NCBI GenBank assembly: GCA_965203055.1
Contig: OZ241863.1
Span: 3,392,001 to 3,456,000, forward strand
Length of the DNA: 64,000 nt
Origin: Spirochaetia bacterium
GTDB lineage: Bacteria; Spirochaetota; Spirochaetia; SZUA-6; Bin103
Direction: 5' to 3'
Numbering within the stretch: position 1 is the first letter of the stretch; every line of letters begins with the position of its first letter. This document shows, in pieces, positions 1 through 9,237 of the stretch. The notes beneath the pieces are model-generated. The model was given only the letters and a program-made list of their open reading frames with translations, was not told where the DNA came from and did no database searches. The position numbers and the translations under genes are program-made.

Positions 1-3000
1 TCAGCCGTGACGACTTTGCATCCCTGCCCGACGACGCAGTGCAGCCGGCCAAGGTGGTCGTGGCGGTGATCGGCGAAGATGACAACGAGCGGATCGAACC
101 GCAGGAGAGCGAGGAGTTCGAAATCCGCTTCGGCGACCCGCCCGAGCCGGGGCATGGCGGCGTCAGCAAAGTGGAGCGAACATTCAGCGAGGGGCTGGCC
201 GGCCTGCGCGGTCGCGACGCAGTGGCCGAGATCGCAACGAGTCCGTCGTTGGCGGCCGGCAGCGGATCCGTGGGTTACGTCACGCTGCGCACGCCGGTCG
301 AGCAGGGGCGGCGCCGGAGCTTTCGGGTGCTGCGCCCGTCCTTGGTCGCCGAGGTTGAAGAAGACTGGGCGAACCATAATGGCCGGATCGGGCGCTGGAC
401 GGTCAAGGTGCGGAGCTCAGGGGAGCGCGCCGAGCTCGCTCAGTTCTTGCCGATGGCCGGCTCCGGGCCGGCATGGGAACGGGCCGTCACCGCCAGCCGC
501 AAAATCGCCGAATGGTTCGCCAAGACTTACGGCGGGGTCGCGCAGGTATACGACGAGTGCGGCAAGCCGTTTGATCTGATCAGAGGGTACCTGCGCGCAT
601 GGTCGGCGCTGTTGGAAGGCGGCGATCCGACACATGCTCTCGCCCAGACCGTCGAGGTTCAGTCGCTTTCCGGCAGCCCGATCGGCTTGATCGTACTGCC
701 GGCCCATCCACTGCGGGTGGCGTGGCACGCAGCTTACGACAATCTCGTGCTGCACGCCGCGTTCGAGCAAGGCGAGACGGCCAGCAACATCCGCAAGGAA
801 CTGAAGGGCCTAGACGGCGCCATGTTCCCGGCATTCCTGCCCAATCCGCACGGCGGCGCGTTCGTGTTCGCCGACACGCTGGGCTTTCACGCGGCCGGCA
901 TGGTGCCGGATCTCGACCGCGAGCCGAAAGCCGCCGTGGCGCTGCTGGCGCGCGCCTTCGGCGACAACACCGGGGATGCCGCGCCCACGGTGGGCGGGCA
1001 GAGCGCCGCGGTGCTGGGAAACGAAATCGTCAAGTACCTGTCGTGTCACGACACGGCGCGATTGCTGCGCGTGCACACCCTGCGCGCCGGCGACGGCATG
1101 ACGGTGGCACGGGCGCTTGGCGAGGTCCTCCGCCACTACGTCTCCTCTGACGACGAGGCAGAGGACGCGGATACGCTGCCGCCGGCGCCGGTATTCTCGC
1201 TGGAGCTGTATCCTTCAGAGGATCAGCGCGGCGTCACCGGGCGCTTCATCGCCGACGCGCGCGAGAAGCGGCGCAGCGGCGCCGGGGTGCTGGCCGAAGC
1301 GGACCGTTGGATGCTGGAATCCCTGAGTCTTCCCGGCGGCGTCAATCTGCCCCGGCTGCGCTGGGCGCGCAAGGATCAGCAGGATCCGAAGAAGGCAGCG
1401 CACCTGGCGGTCGCCTTCGATACGTTCGAATCCAGGGTGATCGCCGGCCACTCGCCTGCTGCTCCTGTGTCCCGTGCCTGGCACGCGTTCGGGCTGTTGT
1501 CGTTCTACGAACGCCAGTACGCGAGCGTGCCGGGACCCCAATGGACCAGCAGTGCTGGGCCCGCGAGCAAGGGAGAAAAGCACCCGTCCGGCAGGAGTCA
1601 CACCGACACCCTCACTCGCCTGCAGGAGGCACTGCATCGGACGGTCGCTCACCATCTGGGCGCGGAGTCGGGGGTGCCCGTGTTACGAACGGAGATATCC
1701 GATGATAAGGCGGAAAACCTCAAAGCGTTGCACCGATTGTGCGACTGGGTGGTGACGCTGGACCGGAACGCGGGCATCGAGTACTTCGATTCTCCGCGCG
1801 ACCATCAGGAGATCTACGATGCGTACGTGATCGACTGCGTGCCGGAGCGCGAGGATCTCGGCTGCCTGCAGATGATCACCTCCACCGCCAACTTGGCGGA
1901 GGTCCGCAGTCTGCTCGACCGCGCCCTCGACCAGATGGGATTGAGCCGCAGCCTCCGCAACGCGGAGTTCCTGATGGAGCGCTTGAAGGCTCTCAGCGGC
2001 CGGCTCGCCATCCGTCTCACCGGCCACCGTCCGGCCACCTCCGAACTGATCGCTTTGGCCGTAGCTCACGCCCACTGTACGACCGCCGCGCCGGATGACG
2101 TGTGCTGGCTGCCGCTCCGGGACGGATTCATCGTTCCGGCCGATGACGTACGCGATCTGCTGCCGCCGCTGTCGGCGGCGGAGGACGAGGATGACGCGGG
2201 TGAACCGGTGAGCCGCGTGCGTCCCGATCTGATCCATGTCTCGACCACGCCGCACAGCGGGCTGCGGTTGCGCTTCATCGAGGTGAAGTACCGCCGGCAT
2301 CTACGGACGGCGCGAGCGCCTGAGATGCTCGACGGGATACGGAGACAAACCGACGGACTCCGGTCGCGGTGGGAGGAGTGGTACGATCACGAGAACGTCT
2401 GCGCCACGTTCCGGGCGATCCGCCGCGCCAAGCTGGCGCGCGTGCTGCGCTTCTACGCCGACAAGGCGCAGCGACACGGTCTGCCGGCGGAACGACACGC
2501 GGCGCTGGTTGCCGAAATCGACCGCATGATCGAACGCGGCGGAAACTACGCCTTCGCAACTAATGCGGATGACCGGGGCTGGGTATTCTGCCCGGACTAC
2601 GGGGGCGAGCGGCCGCTGCTGATCTCCCCGAACGAGTGGGAGACGAAGATCTACCTGTTCGGTCCGGGCCGCCTGCCGGACTCGGACTTCCGCTTCGAGC
2701 CGGCTCCGGCGGAACCATCCGCGAACCAACCGATCGTACCCACCCCCGAAGCTCAGCCCGGTCCGGATACCTCAGCCTCGCTCAACACGGCGAACGCGTC
2801 GTCCGAAGATGCGGAGCAGACCACACCCTCCGTGTGTCTCGGCACCGACGCCCGTACCAACGCCGCGGTCGATTGGTCACTGGAGGTGCAGGGCAATCCC
2901 CATCTCCTGATCGCCGGACTGCCGGGGATGGGGAAGACGACCTGCCTGCTGAACCTGTGTCGGCAGCTCGTGGCGGCGCAGGTGCGGCCGATCGTCTTCT

Positions 3001-3866
3001 CCTACCATCAGGACATCGACGAGCGGCTCGCCGAGACCGTCGAGTCCGTACGCTTCATCGACTTCGATGGACTCGGTTTCCATCCCTTGCAGGTAGTCGA
3101 CCGCACCGCGCGGGTGCCGTATCTGGACATTGCGGCCGACCTGCGGGACATCTTCACGGCCATCTATCCCGAGCTCGGAGACCTCCAGGGAGAGCGCATT
3201 CGGACCGCCGTCAAGGATAGCTTCGTGGAAGCGGGGTGGGGACCCGACGGGGCGCCCGCAGACGCAGCCGTGCCGGAGTTCGTGCGCTTCGTCGAGATTC
3301 TGCGCGCCACCCCCAAGCCCGATCGCGGTCTGAGCACGCTGCTCGCCCGGCTCAACGAACTCGACGACTACGGATTCTTCCACGTCCGGGAGTCGCACCG
3401 CAGCCTGTGGGATCACGACCAGCCCACCGTCATCCGCATCCACACGACGCAGAACGAGAACTTGCAGCGGGCGTTCGCGTCGCTGGTGTTCTACGGCCTG
3501 TACAAGGAAATGTTCCGGCGCGGCACCCAGGAGCGCATCACCCACGCGCTGGTGTTCGACGAGGCGCACCGCGCGGCGCGGTTGCGGCTCATTCCAACGA
3601 TGGCCAAGGAGTGCCGCAAGTACGGCATCTCTCTGGTGCTTGCGTCTCAGGAGGCGCGCGACTTCAACGTCTCCGTATTCTCGGCGATCGCCAACTATCT
3701 GGTCCTGCGCCTCACCGAGACCGATGCCCGATTCCTGGTCAGGAACGTTTCCAACTCCCGGCAGGAGCGCGCGCTGATCGACCGGATCAAGCAGATGGAG
3801 CGCTTCAAGGGCCTGTTCTTTACGGAAAGCCGGAGCCAGCCGTCGACGGTCAATCTTACGTCATAG
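1..3866 (+). CDS. Large DndH/DptH-like defence protein with a PD-(D/E)XK nuclease motif and a C-terminal HerA/FtsK-type ATPase; 5' end lies outside the window
   Basis: Frame is open from position 3. Nuclease-like RPDLI...FIEVKYR, Walker A GLPGMGKT, Walker B LVFDEAH, and HerA-family KECRKYGISLVLASQ. Confidence 0.65.
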   Translation, partial: SRDDFASLPDDAVQPAKVVVAVIGEDDNERIEPQESEEFEIRFGDPPEPGHGGVSKVERTFSEGLAGLRGRDAVAEIATSPSLAAGSGSVGYVTLRTPVEQGRRRSFRVLRPSLVAEVEEDWANHNGRIGRWTVKVRSSGERAELAQFLPMAGSGPAWERAVTASRKIAEWFAKTYGGVAQVYDECGKPFDLIRGYLRAWSALLEGGDPTHALAQTVEVQSLSGSPIGLIVLPAHPLRVAWHAAYDNLVLHAAFEQGETASNIRKELKGLDGAMFPAFLPNPHGGAFVFADTLGFHAAGMVPDLDREPKAAVALLARAFGDNTGDAAPTVGGQSAAVLGNEIVKYLSCHDTARLLRVHTLRAGDGMTVARALGEVLRHYVSSDDEAEDADTLPPAPVFSLELYPSEDQRGVTGRFIADAREKRRSGAGVLAEADRWMLESLSLPGGVNLPRLRWARKDQQDPKKAAHLAVAFDTFESRVIAGHSPAAPVSRAWHAFGLLSFYERQYASVPGPQWTSSAGPASKGEKHPSGRSHTDTLTRLQEALHRTVAHHLGAESGVPVLRTEISDDKAENLKALHRLCDWVVTLDRNAGIEYFDSPRDHQEIYDAYVIDCVPEREDLGCLQMITSTANLAEVRSLLDRALDQMGLSRSLRNAEFLMERLKALSGRLAIRLTGHRPATSELIALAVAHAHCTTAAPDDVCWLPLRDGFIVPADDVRDLLPPLSAAEDEDDAGEPVSRVRPDLIHVSTTPHSGLRLRFIEVKYRRHLRTARAPEMLDGIRRQTDGLRSRWEEWYDHENVCATFRAIRRAKLARVLRFYADKAQRHGLPAERHAALVAEIDRMIERGGNYAFATNADDRGWVFCPDYGGERPLLISPNEWETKIYLFGPGRLPDSDFRFEPAPAEPSANQPIVPTPEAQPGPDTSASLNTANASSEDAEQTTPSVCLGTDARTNAAVDWSLEVQGNPHLLIAGLPGMGKTTCLLNLCRQLVAAQVRPIVFSYHQDIDERLAETVESVRFIDFDGLGFHPLQVVDRTARVPYLDIAADLRDIFTAIYPELGDLQGERIRTAVKDSFVEAGWGPDGAPADAAVPEFVRFVEILRATPKPDRGLSTLLARLNELDDYGFFHVRESHRSLWDHDQPTVIRIHTTQNENLQRAFASLVFYGLYKEMFRRGTQERITHALVFDEAHRAARLRLIPTMAKECRKYGISLVLASQEARDFNVSVFSAIANYLVLRLTETDARFLVRNVSNSRQERALIDRIKQMERFKGLFFTESRSQPSTVNLTS

Positions 3867-3870
3867 TCAG

Positions 3871-4128
3871 ATGTCTGGGATGCCAGCCACAAGCCAGACG
3901 TGCGTGGGAGTCGAAATACGCCGATGTGTTCCGCCTTTGGGCGCTCAGGCCGAGGACTATCGGCTGCGTGCGGCGCGCGCGGCGTTCCGGCAGTTTCATG
4001 CCCAGTGTTTCTGGTACCTGCGGGCCGACCTGGAGATCACGTTCGCGGACGTGCCCATGATTGCCGACGGGTTGCGGAAGAACGGCGGCCGCGCCGGCTT
4101 CCTGATTGCCGCTGAGCTATGCCGTTGA
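3871..4128 (+). CDS. Small hypothetical protein, putative antitoxin partner of the downstream nucleotidyltransferase
   Basis: 85-aa ORF (FHAQCFWYLRADL) overlapping the start of the AbiEii-like gene; start codon uncertain. Confidence 0.55.
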   Translation: MSGMPATSQTCVGVEIRRCVPPLGAQAEDYRLRAARAAFRQFHAQCFWYLRADLEITFADVPMIADGLRKNGGRAGFLIAAELCR

Positions 4129-4919
4129 CCCGCCTGCACACGGCTCTGCTTACCCGAATCGCCGCCAACCGCAATCCCGAAAGCTACGTCGCGGGAGCGA
4201 CCGTGGTGCATCTCGCGCCGGACTCGCCCCGATTCTCGAACGACATCGATCTGTTTCACGACCTCGAAGACAGCGTTGCCGAGAGCGCAGAGGCGGATGC
4301 CGCGACGCTGCGCGCCGCCGGCTACGAGCTTTCCTGGTTGCTGCGGACTCCAACGTTCCACCGTGCTCTGGTAACCGCGGCCGGGGAGCAACTGAAGCTC
4401 GAGTGGGCGCATGACAGCGCGTACCGCTTCTTTCCGGTTCAGAGAGATGATCTGTGCGGCTATAGACTGCACGACGCGGACGCGGCAACGAACAAGGTCC
4501 TGGCGCTGGCGGGGCGCAACGAAGTCCGCGACTTCGTGGATGTCCTGCACCTGCATGCCACCTACCTTTCGCTCGGCGCCCTGGCGTGGGCGGCCTGTGG
4601 CAAGGATCCCGGGTACACCCCACAGTTTCTCCTCGACTATGCATGCCGGCACGTCGCCTATACCCAGGAAGATATCGACCGGCTCAGCCTGCGCGAACCG
4701 CTTGACATCAGGGAGATGAAGCAGCGCTGGCTCGCCGCGGTCGCGGACGCCCGTGATACCGTAGCCGCGCTGCCCCCCGAGGAGGTGGGAAGTCTCTATC
4801 TCGGACCGGATGGGCAGCCCCAGACGCCCGTTGCGGCATCCCCACGATTTCACCAACTGACGCGCCACACCGGGCGCGTGCGCGGCGCATGGCCGACCGT
4901 GTCGCGCTACCCTGGCTGA
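4119..4919 (+). CDS. AbiEii/AbiGii-like nucleotidyltransferase (type IV toxin-like)
   Basis: YVAGAT...RFSNDIDLF nucleotidyltransferase motif and NKVLALAGR..RDFVD C-terminal motif. Confidence 0.75.
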   Translation: MPLTRLHTALLTRIAANRNPESYVAGATVVHLAPDSPRFSNDIDLFHDLEDSVAESAEADAATLRAAGYELSWLLRTPTFHRALVTAAGEQLKLEWAHDSAYRFFPVQRDDLCGYRLHDADAATNKVLALAGRNEVRDFVDVLHLHATYLSLGALAWAACGKDPGYTPQFLLDYACRHVAYTQEDIDRLSLREPLDIREMKQRWLAAVADARDTVAALPPEEVGSLYLGPDGQPQTPVAASPRFHQLTRHTGRVRGAWPTVSRYPG

Positions 4920-5004
4920 CCGAGTCTGCCTATGGCCAAGGATCGAATGCCCGCCACCCGCCTCGCCGGCCGCCGTTGGGCGGCGGCGCGGGGCGCTACT
5001 GGCG

Positions 5005-5802
5005 CTACACGGTCAGGTACTTGCCCGGAATGCGGGTGACATCAAACTCGGCTTCCGGGTCACGTTCGGCGATTGCGCGCGGGACTTCGCCCTCCCAGTA
5101 GTCGGGTACCGTGTCCGGGCGGCCGTGCCACAGCAGCAACAGATCGCGCGGCTCGTCGGTCTGGTTCTTGTAGGCGGCATGCAGGACGCGCGCGTCGGCG
5201 AGCACCAGGTCGCGCGGCCCCACCTCCACGTTCACCTGATCCGGGTGGTCGCTGAACATGACGGGATGGTCCTCTTCGATGAACCGGGCGCCCTGCTCGT
5301 GCGCGGTCACCAGCTGGTCGTGCAGCGGGATGCGTTTGAGGTGCGTGCCGGGGATGATCTTCAGGCACCCGTTTTCGACGTTGGTGCCCTCCAGGTAGTA
5401 GGAGACGAAGATCTTCTGCGGCCACGGCGTGCAGCTCAACGGATCGTTCCATTGCATCCAGTCCTGATGCCAGTAGAGCGCCGGACCGCGCGCCGGCTTG
5501 GTGAGGACGAGCAGGGACTCGCTGTGGACGAAGTCGCCGAATCCTAGTTCGGCGAGCGCCTGCCGCGTGGGCTGCCACTCCGCGAGCCGGCGCATGATCG
5601 GGTTGTCGGCGAACTTGATGCCAAGGTGAGTGCCCTGGTACTTGGTGTCGGGGTGATGCTGTTCGGTCGCGTTGAGGCGGGCCGTCTCCTGCCGCAGCTC
5701 AGCAACGAGCGCGTCGGTCAGCACCTCGGGGACCACACAGAATCCATCGCGGAGCATCTGCTCCCGCGTCTGCCGTGCGACTTCCGGTGTCATGTTCCCC
5801 AC
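5005..5802 (-). CDS. Phytanoyl-CoA dioxygenase (PhyH) family Fe(II)/2-oxoglutarate oxygenase
   Basis: DGFCVVPEVL, WHQD iron motif, NGCLKIIPGTH, distal His in VLHAA and R in PRDLL. Confidence 0.85.
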   Translation of the reverse strand: MGNMTPEVARQTREQMLRDGFCVVPEVLTDALVAELRQETARLNATEQHHPDTKYQGTHLGIKFADNPIMRRLAEWQPTRQALAELGFGDFVHSESLLVLTKPARGPALYWHQDWMQWNDPLSCTPWPQKIFVSYYLEGTNVENGCLKIIPGTHLKRIPLHDQLVTAHEQGARFIEEDHPVMFSDHPDQVNVEVGPRDLVLADARVLHAAYKNQTDEPRDLLLLWHGRPDTVPDYWEGEVPRAIAERDPEAEFDVTRIPGKYLTV

Positions 5803-6929
5803 GATAGCACGAAGTCGCGCAACGCTTCCGGCGTCTTGATTCCGAGAAGGTGGAAGGACTCCGCGAACGAGGTTCGTCCGCCCAACGTGCTGATCACCAG
5901 CGCGCGGCCGAAGCGGCGCCCTACGCGCGACTGGAGGGTGGGGAAGAAGCTGCCGCCCGTTGCCGCCGCCCGCGTCAGCAGACGGTCATGCTCCGCCTGG
6001 TAGGCTGCCCGAAATGCGGCATCGCCCAATGCCCCCAGGTCGTGGATACGCCGCAGCAGGACCAGCGTGCTGACCTTGAACCGGCGCGCCAGGCGCTTCA
6101 GCGCCGCGGACAGATCTTCTTCCGGTCGAAATTGCTCGCGCAACGCCGGGAGCGGCACGAGCAGCTCGGCCGCGACCCGGTTGCACCAGCCTTCGACCGC
6201 GTGCGCCGGCATCGAGATTGGCGCCGAATCGGAGAGCGCCGACTGACCCAACCAGAGATGCGCCAGTTCGTGGGCCAGGGTGAACATCTGGGCGGCCTTC
6301 GTGTCCGCGGCGTTGATGAAGATGAGCGGAGCGACCTCGTCCGCCAGCGCGAATCCTCGAAACTCCTCCGGGTCGAGCTTGCGATGCGTATTGTTGCCGA
6401 CGACGCTGTTTACCATCACCAGGACGCCAAGCGCCTCGGCCGCGGCGATGAAGTGACGCAGCGCCTCGGTCCAGGTCGGAAGCGCTGCCTGCGCCGCCAA
6501 GTCGAGCTTGAGCGAGTCCCGAATCCGCGTCGCGGCGTGCTCGATGTCACTGGTGCGCGTCTCCGACGCGACGAACGGCAGCGGCCCCTCCCCTTCCGTA
6601 CGGGCGAACTCCCGATACCACTCCTGGCGTTGCTGGCACAGATAGATGGTGCTGAGCAGGTTGGGGCTGGGCCGGCCCATGGGGACGCTGCCGACCGTGC
6701 GCAGATCGGGAATCGGCAGCGACTCGTCGGGGGGCTCGGTCAGAAAGAAGTACCCCACCGCCGCCTGAGTTGCCTTGGCGAGATCTTCCACCTGCCTCAG
6801 CGTCGGCTGCGCGGCGCCGTTCTCCCACTCCTGGTATCTGGGGAACCGCCGCGTCAATGTCTCCATCTCCAGGCCGGCGCGTTCACGCGCCCAGCGCAGC
6901 AGCTCCGGCTTGACCGGCGCGCGAATCAT
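5790..6929 (-). CDS. XRE-type HTH + ImmA/IrrE (Peptidase M78) metallopeptidase
   Basis: Start at MIRAPVKPELLRWARERAG (HTH), FTLAHELAH HExxH motif, E.WCNRVAAELL. Confidence 0.85.
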   Translation of the reverse strand: MIRAPVKPELLRWARERAGLEMETLTRRFPRYQEWENGAAQPTLRQVEDLAKATQAAVGYFFLTEPPDESLPIPDLRTVGSVPMGRPSPNLLSTIYLCQQRQEWYREFARTEGEGPLPFVASETRTSDIEHAATRIRDSLKLDLAAQAALPTWTEALRHFIAAAEALGVLVMVNSVVGNNTHRKLDPEEFRGFALADEVAPLIFINAADTKAAQMFTLAHELAHLWLGQSALSDSAPISMPAHAVEGWCNRVAAELLVPLPALREQFRPEEDLSAALKRLARRFKVSTLVLLRRIHDLGALGDAAFRAAYQAEHDRLLTRAAATGGSFFPTLQSRVGRRFGRALVISTLGGRTSFAESFHLLGIKTPEALRDFVLSWGT

Positions 6930-7050
6930 CGCGCCCCGCGCGCACGGGAGCGGCGGAGTGCGCCGCGCCGCCGCCGTCCGGTCAGCCGGCAGCCCGGGTG
7001 GATCGGTTTGGGGAGAATACCGGGAGTTCCAACCACCATCGCCGCCATCG

Positions 7051-9180
7051 CAGGAAAATCCCATGCTACAGAGGCTGGTGGGAACCGCGCCGACGCGGAG
7101 GCCGCAGTGGCGAGCGACAATCAAGATGAGAACCGAGCGGCTGCCTCCGGCGGAGGGGAATGGGACAGCGGGTGGCGCACCTGAGGGCCGGTTCCCGACC
7201 GTAGTCGCACAGTTGGCCCCCGGACGGCGACCGGATGGGAGCGCGGGGCGGGCCGGGAGTGGTTCGAGGAGTGGGGGCGGAGCGCTTGAAGCGGGCTGCG
7301 CCAGCCTCAGCCGGGCGCCATGAGGGCCTTGATGGCTACCTTCGGGCGCCCGGTAAAGTAGCGTAGTGCCGACGCCACGTTGGTCCACCGGCGGTAGCGC
7401 AGGATCAGTGCCAGCACCAGGTTGTTGCACACCGCGCGATTGGCTGGCGCCGCGTGGCGCCGCGCCAGGCAGGCATCCTCAGCCAAGGTGCGGTCGCGGC
7501 GATGGTGGTTCTTCGACTCGATCGCCCAGTGGCCGCGGTTCCAGGCCAGCAGTTGCTCCGCAGAGGCTTCGGAGGCCGGCACCGAAGTGATGCCGTAGGC
7601 GTAGGTAACGGTCTTCTCGCCGCTCTTGAGCACGTGGCGGTCGCGGCGCACCCGGAACACCTGCGCGACGTGCGGGTAGTTGAGGGTGTTGGGCGGCAAG
7701 GTCATAACTTCGATGTGGCGCCGTTCGATGCGGCCATGGGCCTTCTCGGACGCTGTGGAGAAGCGCGCGGTAGCGTGTTCCCAGGGGATGCTGACGAGTG
7801 CCTCGTAGGTCTCGGAGGAGTTCTGCTTGACGGTCATCTGATAGTGGGCCTGGTGCTGTTCGACGATCTTGGTGGCGGTGTCGCGGGTGGTGTGGAGGGC
7901 ATCGAGGGTGATCACCGCGCCGCCGATCGAGACCGTCTCCAGCAGGGCGCCGACGGCGGCCAACTCGCCATTCTCGTCGTGGAAGTTGAGACTGGCGAGC
8001 GGCACGCCGGTGCCGTGCTCGACCAGGGTGGCGGTCTCGTAGCGTAGCGAGCCGTGGCGATTGGCGCCGCGAATGCGCTTGCCGTCGGCCGCGATGGCGC
8101 GGCGTTGGCGCGGAGCTGGCGGTGGCAGGCGGGACTCGGAATAGCGCTGCAGGATCGCTTCGAGGTGCTCGGTATCGGCGTGCATGAGCACGCGGTGGAT
8201 GGTGGACTTGGGGGGCGGATGGTAGCGCCCGGAGCGCCGATTGCGCCACGCGCCAATATCTTTGAGGTCCTTCTGCGTGAGCCTCTGAGCATACTCCGCC
8301 GCCGCGACCGGGCCGCGAAAGTTGCCCAGCGCAGCCAACAGGTAGACCGTCAGCACGGTCGCAATGGAGTGCTTGCGGCCCTGGCCGCGGCGGTAGTCGG
8401 GGAGGTCTTCGAGTTCGGCGTACAGACTGCGCTTGTCGACTGCGGCGTTATCGTCTGGGTGTTCGGGCCGTGCCCGCCAGCAGTCTGGCAGCTTGCCGGG
8501 CTGGCTGAGGATGCGCCGGGCATCGCGCCGCAAAGGGCGCACGAAGAGACGCTTCGGGTGGCCGTGAGGGTCGGTGTAGTGGCCGTTGCTGCGCGCGTAG
8601 CCCTTGCTGTCGCCGACGTAGGTCCAGTTGCCGGCCTGATACAGGGTGCCGGAGAAGCGCTGCGGATCGACGAAGCTCTCCGCAACCAGCAGCGGATGGC
8701 CGTAGTGCTGCTGCCAATCGGCGCTGAGTTGGCGCAGCATCGCGGCCATCATCCTGGAGGCGAGATTGGGAAACACGCCGCGCTGGCCCAGGACCACGAA
8801 GCGGGTGTTGTTGGCCACCAGATGGAGGCGGCGGAACATTTCGGGGCGGCGCCAGCCGATCCAGCGATCGCGGGGAGCGCACTTGAGGGCGGCGCCCTGC
8901 CAGCCGGCGAGCGCGAGCCAGCGCCCGCGCCAGACGGCGAGATAGCGCAGGCCGCGACCGGCGAAGCGGGTGAAGCCGAGATAGTGATGGTGGTTCATCA
9001 GCGCGTCCCACTGGACGCGCTCGTGGGGGTGTGCGAGGCGCACCTCCACTTCGTCGAGCGCAAACCCTGGGGGCGTGGCCTGGGGCAGGGGTTCGTCGAG
9101 CACCTTCCGAGAGTCCATGGCCTAAGCCTATCAACTCAGTTCTCGGCAGTCCAGTCCCCCCTTAGCATGGGATCGCCTTG
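7051..9180 (-). mobile_element. ISAs1-family insertion sequence, 2130 bp
   Basis: Imperfect 18-bp terminal inverted repeats: CAGGAAAATCCCATGCTA at 7051-7068 versus the reverse complement of 9163-9180, CAAGGCGATCCCATGCTA (14/18 match). Flanked by direct repeat CCGCCATCG at 7042-7050 and 9181-9189. Confidence 0.92.
7307..9118 (-). CDS. ISAs1 DDE transposase with an N-terminal DUF4338 (DruA-like) domain
   Basis: N-terminal HHYLG...CAPRDRWIGW..VANNTRF..NLAS..ESFVDP..GTLYQAGNW. C-terminal DYRRGQGRKH, IAADGKRIRG, ITLDALHT, HGRIERR, RGHWAIESKNH. Confidence 0.92.
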   Translation of the reverse strand: MDSRKVLDEPLPQATPPGFALDEVEVRLAHPHERVQWDALMNHHHYLGFTRFAGRGLRYLAVWRGRWLALAGWQGAALKCAPRDRWIGWRRPEMFRRLHLVANNTRFVVLGQRGVFPNLASRMMAAMLRQLSADWQQHYGHPLLVAESFVDPQRFSGTLYQAGNWTYVGDSKGYARSNGHYTDPHGHPKRLFVRPLRRDARRILSQPGKLPDCWRARPEHPDDNAAVDKRSLYAELEDLPDYRRGQGRKHSIATVLTVYLLAALGNFRGPVAAAEYAQRLTQKDLKDIGAWRNRRSGRYHPPPKSTIHRVLMHADTEHLEAILQRYSESRLPPPAPRQRRAIAADGKRIRGANRHGSLRYETATLVEHGTGVPLASLNFHDENGELAAVGALLETVSIGGAVITLDALHTTRDTATKIVEQHQAHYQMTVKQNSSETYEALVSIPWEHATARFSTASEKAHGRIERRHIEVMTLPPNTLNYPHVAQVFRVRRDRHVLKSGEKTVTYAYGITSVPASEASAEQLLAWNRGHWAIESKNHHRRDRTLAEDACLARRHAAPANRAVCNNLVLALILRYRRWTNVASALRYFTGRPKVAIKALMAPG

Positions 9181-9237
9181 CCGCCATCGGCTCCATCTTA
9201 TCAAGGCAGGCGCGGGCGCGGTACAGTACCGGTTGCG

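Noticed and set aside
4969..4987. 7-bp GC hairpin between convergent genes
   Set aside because: Short stem with no U-tract; likely by chance at this GC content.
6930..7430. N-terminal extension of the 546-aa ORF 5790..7430
   Set aside because: Runs across the IS end and the transposase stop; the real gene starts at MIRAPVK (6929).
7307..9118. Druantia defence system suggested by the DruA-like domain
   Set aside because: The domain is fused to an ISAs1 transposase inside inverted repeats, and no druE helicase or other dru genes are present.
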